Part shown: in pieces, positions 46,743 to 49,346 of the stretch
Layout: each line of letters starts with the position of its first letter
Numbering within the stretch: position 1 is the first letter of the stretch
Assembly (NCBI GenBank): GCA_050944915.1
Contig: JBMNRY010000002.1
Coordinates: forward strand, 1-49,346
Reading direction: 5' to 3'
Length of the DNA stretch: 49,346 bases
DNA from: Limnochordia bacterium
Lineage (GTDB): Bacteria > Bacillota > Limnochordia > JAAZLZ01
Notes under the pieces: model-generated
Told to the model about the DNA's origin: nothing
The model's database searches: none
Seen by the model: only the letters and a program-made list of their open reading frames with translations
Position numbers and translations under genes: made by a program

Positions 46743-47725
46743 TGGAAAAGCGGGGTATTCACATCGTAGCTCTAATGGTCATCGCCTGTTTACTACCCTT
46801 GTTTGCCCGATCGGAGTTCCAATTGCATGTCCTGGTCATGGTCTTGCTCTATGCCCTTTTAGCCCAGGGTTGGAATGTGATGACAGGTTACACCGGCTTA
46901 ATCTCCATCGGTCAGGCGGCCTTCTTCGGTTTTGGGGCCTATGTATCCAGTCTTTTGTTTGTCCGCTGGGGGATTAATCCTTGGTTAGGCATGTTGCTCG
47001 CTGCTTTTCTCACCAGCCTATTTTCCATGATTGTCTTTTATCCTGTGACCCGTTTGAAAGGGCGTTACTTCGCCATTGCCACCATCGCGGTCAGCCAGGG
47101 TCTGAAGGTTCTTTTCGAAAACTGGGAGTTTGTCGAGGCCGCCCGGGGTTTAGCGCATCCTATCGTGCCCGAAGGATTCTGGGCTTTCCAGTTCCATAGT
47201 TCTAAACTACCTTACTATTATATTCTCCTGGCCCTCGTTTCTCTGATTACCTTGGCCCTGTACTTCCTAGAAAATTCCCGGTTAGGTTACTACTTCCAGG
47301 CCATCAGGGAAAACGAAGATGTGGCTTCGGCCATGGGGATCAATAAGACGAAATACAAGCTGATTTCAGTAGCCATTAGCGGGGCCATTACCAGTATTGC
47401 CGGCAGCTTTTTGGCCCAATACAGCCTTTATGTGGAACCGGAATATGTCTTTGCCCATGAGATTTCGGTGACGACGGCTTTGACGGGTATTTTCGGTGGT
47501 ATTGGCCATCTAGCGGGACCCATTTTGGGGTCTTTAATCCTTACGCCCTTATCGGAATATACCAGGGCTTGGTTAGGTGCCGGTGGAACAGGAATCGATA
47601 TGATGATCTACGGTGGTTTTATTGTCATCATTTGTGTGGTCGAACCAAAGGGAGTGGTCGGTCTTTGGGGACGGATTAGGGAAAGGAAGGTGACCGGGAA
47701 GAATGTCGCCCATCTTACAGGTTGA
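46742..47725 (+). CDS. livM: Branched-chain amino-acid ABC transporter permease (LivM-type)
   Basis: 327-aa polytopic protein with GYTGLISIGQAAFFG.GAY and SRLGYYFQAIRENE. Confidence 0.85.
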   Translation: MEKRGIHIVALMVIACLLPLFARSEFQLHVLVMVLLYALLAQGWNVMTGYTGLISIGQAAFFGFGAYVSSLLFVRWGINPWLGMLLAAFLTSLFSMIVFYPVTRLKGRYFAIATIAVSQGLKVLFENWEFVEAARGLAHPIVPEGFWAFQFHSSKLPYYYILLALVSLITLALYFLENSRLGYYFQAIRENEDVASAMGINKTKYKLISVAISGAITSIAGSFLAQYSLYVEPEYVFAHEISVTTALTGIFGGIGHLAGPILGSLILTPLSEYTRAWLGAGGTGIDMMIYGGFIVIICVVEPKGVVGLWGRIRERKVTGKNVAHLTG

Positions 47726-48434
47726 AAACCTCAGCAAACGGTTTGGCGGGCTCCAAGCTTTAGTCGATGTCAGTTTCCAAGTGGAAGAAGGTCAAATCGT
47801 CGGTTTGATCGGGCCCAATGGCGCGGGGAAGTCCACCTTGTTCGGCTGCCTGACCGGTTTTCTACCGCCATCGGGGGGCACGGTTATCTTTGACGGCAAG
47901 AATATCACCAACTTCCCTCCCCATCAGATCTGTCAGTTGGGTATCGCCCGTACCTTCCAGATCGTACAGATTCTCCCGGCCATGACCGTCTTGAAAAATG
48001 TGGTGGTAGGCAGTTTACTCCATCATACAACCATGGGAAAAGCTTTGGCTTGGGCCAAGGAAGTATTAGCCTTAACGGAATTAGATAAGGTTGCCCAACA
48101 AATGGCCGAAGATTTAACCATGCCTGAGAAGATGCGTTTGCAAATTGCCATGGCTTTGGCCACCGAACCGCGCCTGCTCATGCTCGACGAAGCCATGGCC
48201 GGTTTAACGCCGACGGAGGTCAAGCAGGCGGTAGGTTTTCTGCAGCGGGTGCGGGATAGTGGCGTCACCCTCATCGTCGTCGAACACGTCATGGAAGCCA
48301 TCATGCCCATCGCCGATCGGGTAATCGTCTTGAATTCCGGACGAAAAATCGCGGAGGGACCACCGGAACAGATCGTCAATGACAAAGCCGTCATCTCCGC
48401 TTACTTGGGGGATCGTTATGCTGAAGGTATCTGA
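47703..48434 (+). CDS. livG: ABC transporter ATP-binding protein (LivG-type)
   Basis: LQVENLSKRFGGL, Walker A GPNGAGKST, Walker B LLMLDE and a C-terminal V..AYLG. Confidence 0.9.
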   Translation: MSPILQVENLSKRFGGLQALVDVSFQVEEGQIVGLIGPNGAGKSTLFGCLTGFLPPSGGTVIFDGKNITNFPPHQICQLGIARTFQIVQILPAMTVLKNVVVGSLLHHTTMGKALAWAKEVLALTELDKVAQQMAEDLTMPEKMRLQIAMALATEPRLLMLDEAMAGLTPTEVKQAVGFLQRVRDSGVTLIVVEHVMEAIMPIADRVIVLNSGRKIAEGPPEQIVNDKAVISAYLGDRYAEGI

Positions 48435-49122
48435 TTTAGAAGCAGGTTATCGAGGGTTTAACGTTTTGCACCAGATCTCCTTTCAGGTGGGCCAGGGTGA
48501 GATTATTAGTCTCTTGGGCTCCAATGGGGCTGGCAAGTCGACAACCTTGCGGGTGTTGTCGGGGTTGTTGCCCGCCCGGGGGGGTAGGATTGAGTTTTTG
48601 GGTCGTGACATTACTAATCTCTCGCCCCATGAGATCGTGCGCGCCGGGATTGTTCACGTCCCCGAGGGACGCCTTATATTCGGGAAGCTTTCCGTTTTGC
48701 AAAACCTGATGTTAGGAGCTTATACCTTGTCTGACCCCGATGTTATCAACCACAATCTGGAGTTAGTCTTCGACCTTTTTCCCATCCTCGGGGAACGGAA
48801 GGATGATCGGGCCGAAAACTTCAGTGGTGGCCAGCAACAAATGTTGGCCTTCGGTCGGGGATTGATGGCCAGTCCCAAATTGCTCCTCCTCGATGAACCG
48901 TCCTTAGGCCTCATGCCCAAGTTAGTCGACGAAGTATTTGAGAGCATTCTGAGGATCAAAGCCCAAGGGATCACCATTATCCTGGTAGAACAACGGGTTC
49001 GGGAAGCCTTGGATTTATGTGATCGTGGCTATGTCCTGCAGAGCGGGAACATCGTTCTTAGTGGAACGGGGCAGGAACTCCTCCAGACAGATATGGTGAA
49101 GAAAGTCTACTTAGGCCTTTAA
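48418..49122 (+). CDS. livF: ABC transporter ATP-binding protein (LivF-type)
   Basis: MLKVSDLEAGY, Walker A GSNGAGKST, signature SGGQQQML, Walker B LLLDEPS and a C-terminal V.KVYLG. The ATG at 48418 overlaps the end of livG. The ORF-track start is 48379. Confidence 0.9.
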   Translation: MLKVSDLEAGYRGFNVLHQISFQVGQGEIISLLGSNGAGKSTTLRVLSGLLPARGGRIEFLGRDITNLSPHEIVRAGIVHVPEGRLIFGKLSVLQNLMLGAYTLSDPDVINHNLELVFDLFPILGERKDDRAENFSGGQQQMLAFGRGLMASPKLLLLDEPSLGLMPKLVDEVFESILRIKAQGITIILVEQRVREALDLCDRGYVLQSGNIVLSGTGQELLQTDMVKKVYLGL

Positions 49123-49246
49123 TTATCGATAGCCTTACAATTCTACCGGAATAGGCAAATCAATCCAAACAACGGGTTTTCCCGTCATCATGGGTTAGAG
49201 TTAGAGTAAAATTTTAGTAGGTGGTAGGAAAAAGGCAGATGGATGG

Positions 49247-49292
49247 CAAAAAAAGACCTCGCTACCCATAACCAGAGAAAGGAGCGAGGTCT
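49247..49292 (-). terminator. Rho-independent terminator for a minus-strand transcript entering from beyond the right edge
   Basis: 10-bp stem AGACCTCGCT/AGCGAGGTCT. The A7 run on the plus strand gives a U-run 3' of the stem on the minus strand. Confidence 0.7.
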
Positions 49293-49346
49293 TGTGAAGA
49301 ACGATGGATGTAGCATCGTCTTCGATTCTAGTGTACTCGAATCGGT

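Noticed and set aside
1-49346. Whole-window search by eye for CRISPR arrays, tandem or inverted terminal repeats, transposases, integrases, toxin-antitoxin pairs, restriction-modification genes and other defence-system genes.
   Set aside because: None found. Apart from the two decayed or unexplained gaps and three unplaced small ORFs, every ORF of at least 60 aa that I accept as a gene belongs to a recognisable housekeeping, sporulation, metabolic or transport family. The window looks like core chromosome, not an accessory island.

Overview
This is a chromosomal segment from an endospore-forming, probably anaerobic Firmicute (Clostridia-like). GC content looks moderately high by eye but was not computed. 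Almost all of it is conserved housekeeping and sporulation content.

Left to right:
- Start of window: the 3' end of an rRNA operon (5S rRNA), a hemolysin-III family protein, cwlD (-) and pgi.
- 3.7-12.7 kb: an orphan thioredoxin-like [2Fe-2S] ferredoxin, thrC, gatCAB, a class-V aminotransferase, a CsaA-like tRNA-binding protein, an EamA transporter and a TM2-domain protein.
- 12.7-20.4 kb: a six-gene minus-strand [FeFe]-hydrogenase locus. It encodes a small 2Fe-2S protein, a HydS-like sensory hydrogenase with a PAS domain, a PP2C phosphatase and the bifurcating-type HydC/HydB/HydA.
- 20.6-28.1 kb: a divergent Fe-alcohol dehydrogenase with a tautomerase, then prsW, yebC, bofC-like, ruvCAB, DUF2905, recO and DUF4342.
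- 28.1-44.4 kb: a glycine T-box with glyQS, ppdK, a dGTPase-like HD protein, dnaG-rpoD, tRNA-Asn and tRNA-CAT, spoVAC-AD-AEb, a YlaJ-like lipoprotein, tRNA-Glu, trmK, Nif3 and two zinc-ribbon proteins.
- 44.6-49.1 kb: a Liv-type branched-chain amino-acid ABC transporter.

I found no CRISPR array, transposase, integrase, prophage or recognisable defence system.

The observations most worth a second look:
1. The gatA in an otherwise intact gatCAB operon has lost two of the three amidase-signature catalytic residues and is shortened.
2. A HydS/PP2C sensory module is fused transcriptionally to hydABC, with no kinase or obvious phospho-target in the window.
3. Rex-like operators lie in the divergent hyd/adh control region.
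4. The substrate-binding gene of the Liv transporter is split by a frameshift at a C-run.
5. Two unusually long non-coding gaps (11.6-12.3 kb and 38.4-39.0 kb) contain decayed or start-less ORFs and structured or repeated sequence.
6. Three well-signalled small ORFs fall below the ORF-track cutoff.

All functional calls come from motif recognition by eye. No database search was run.
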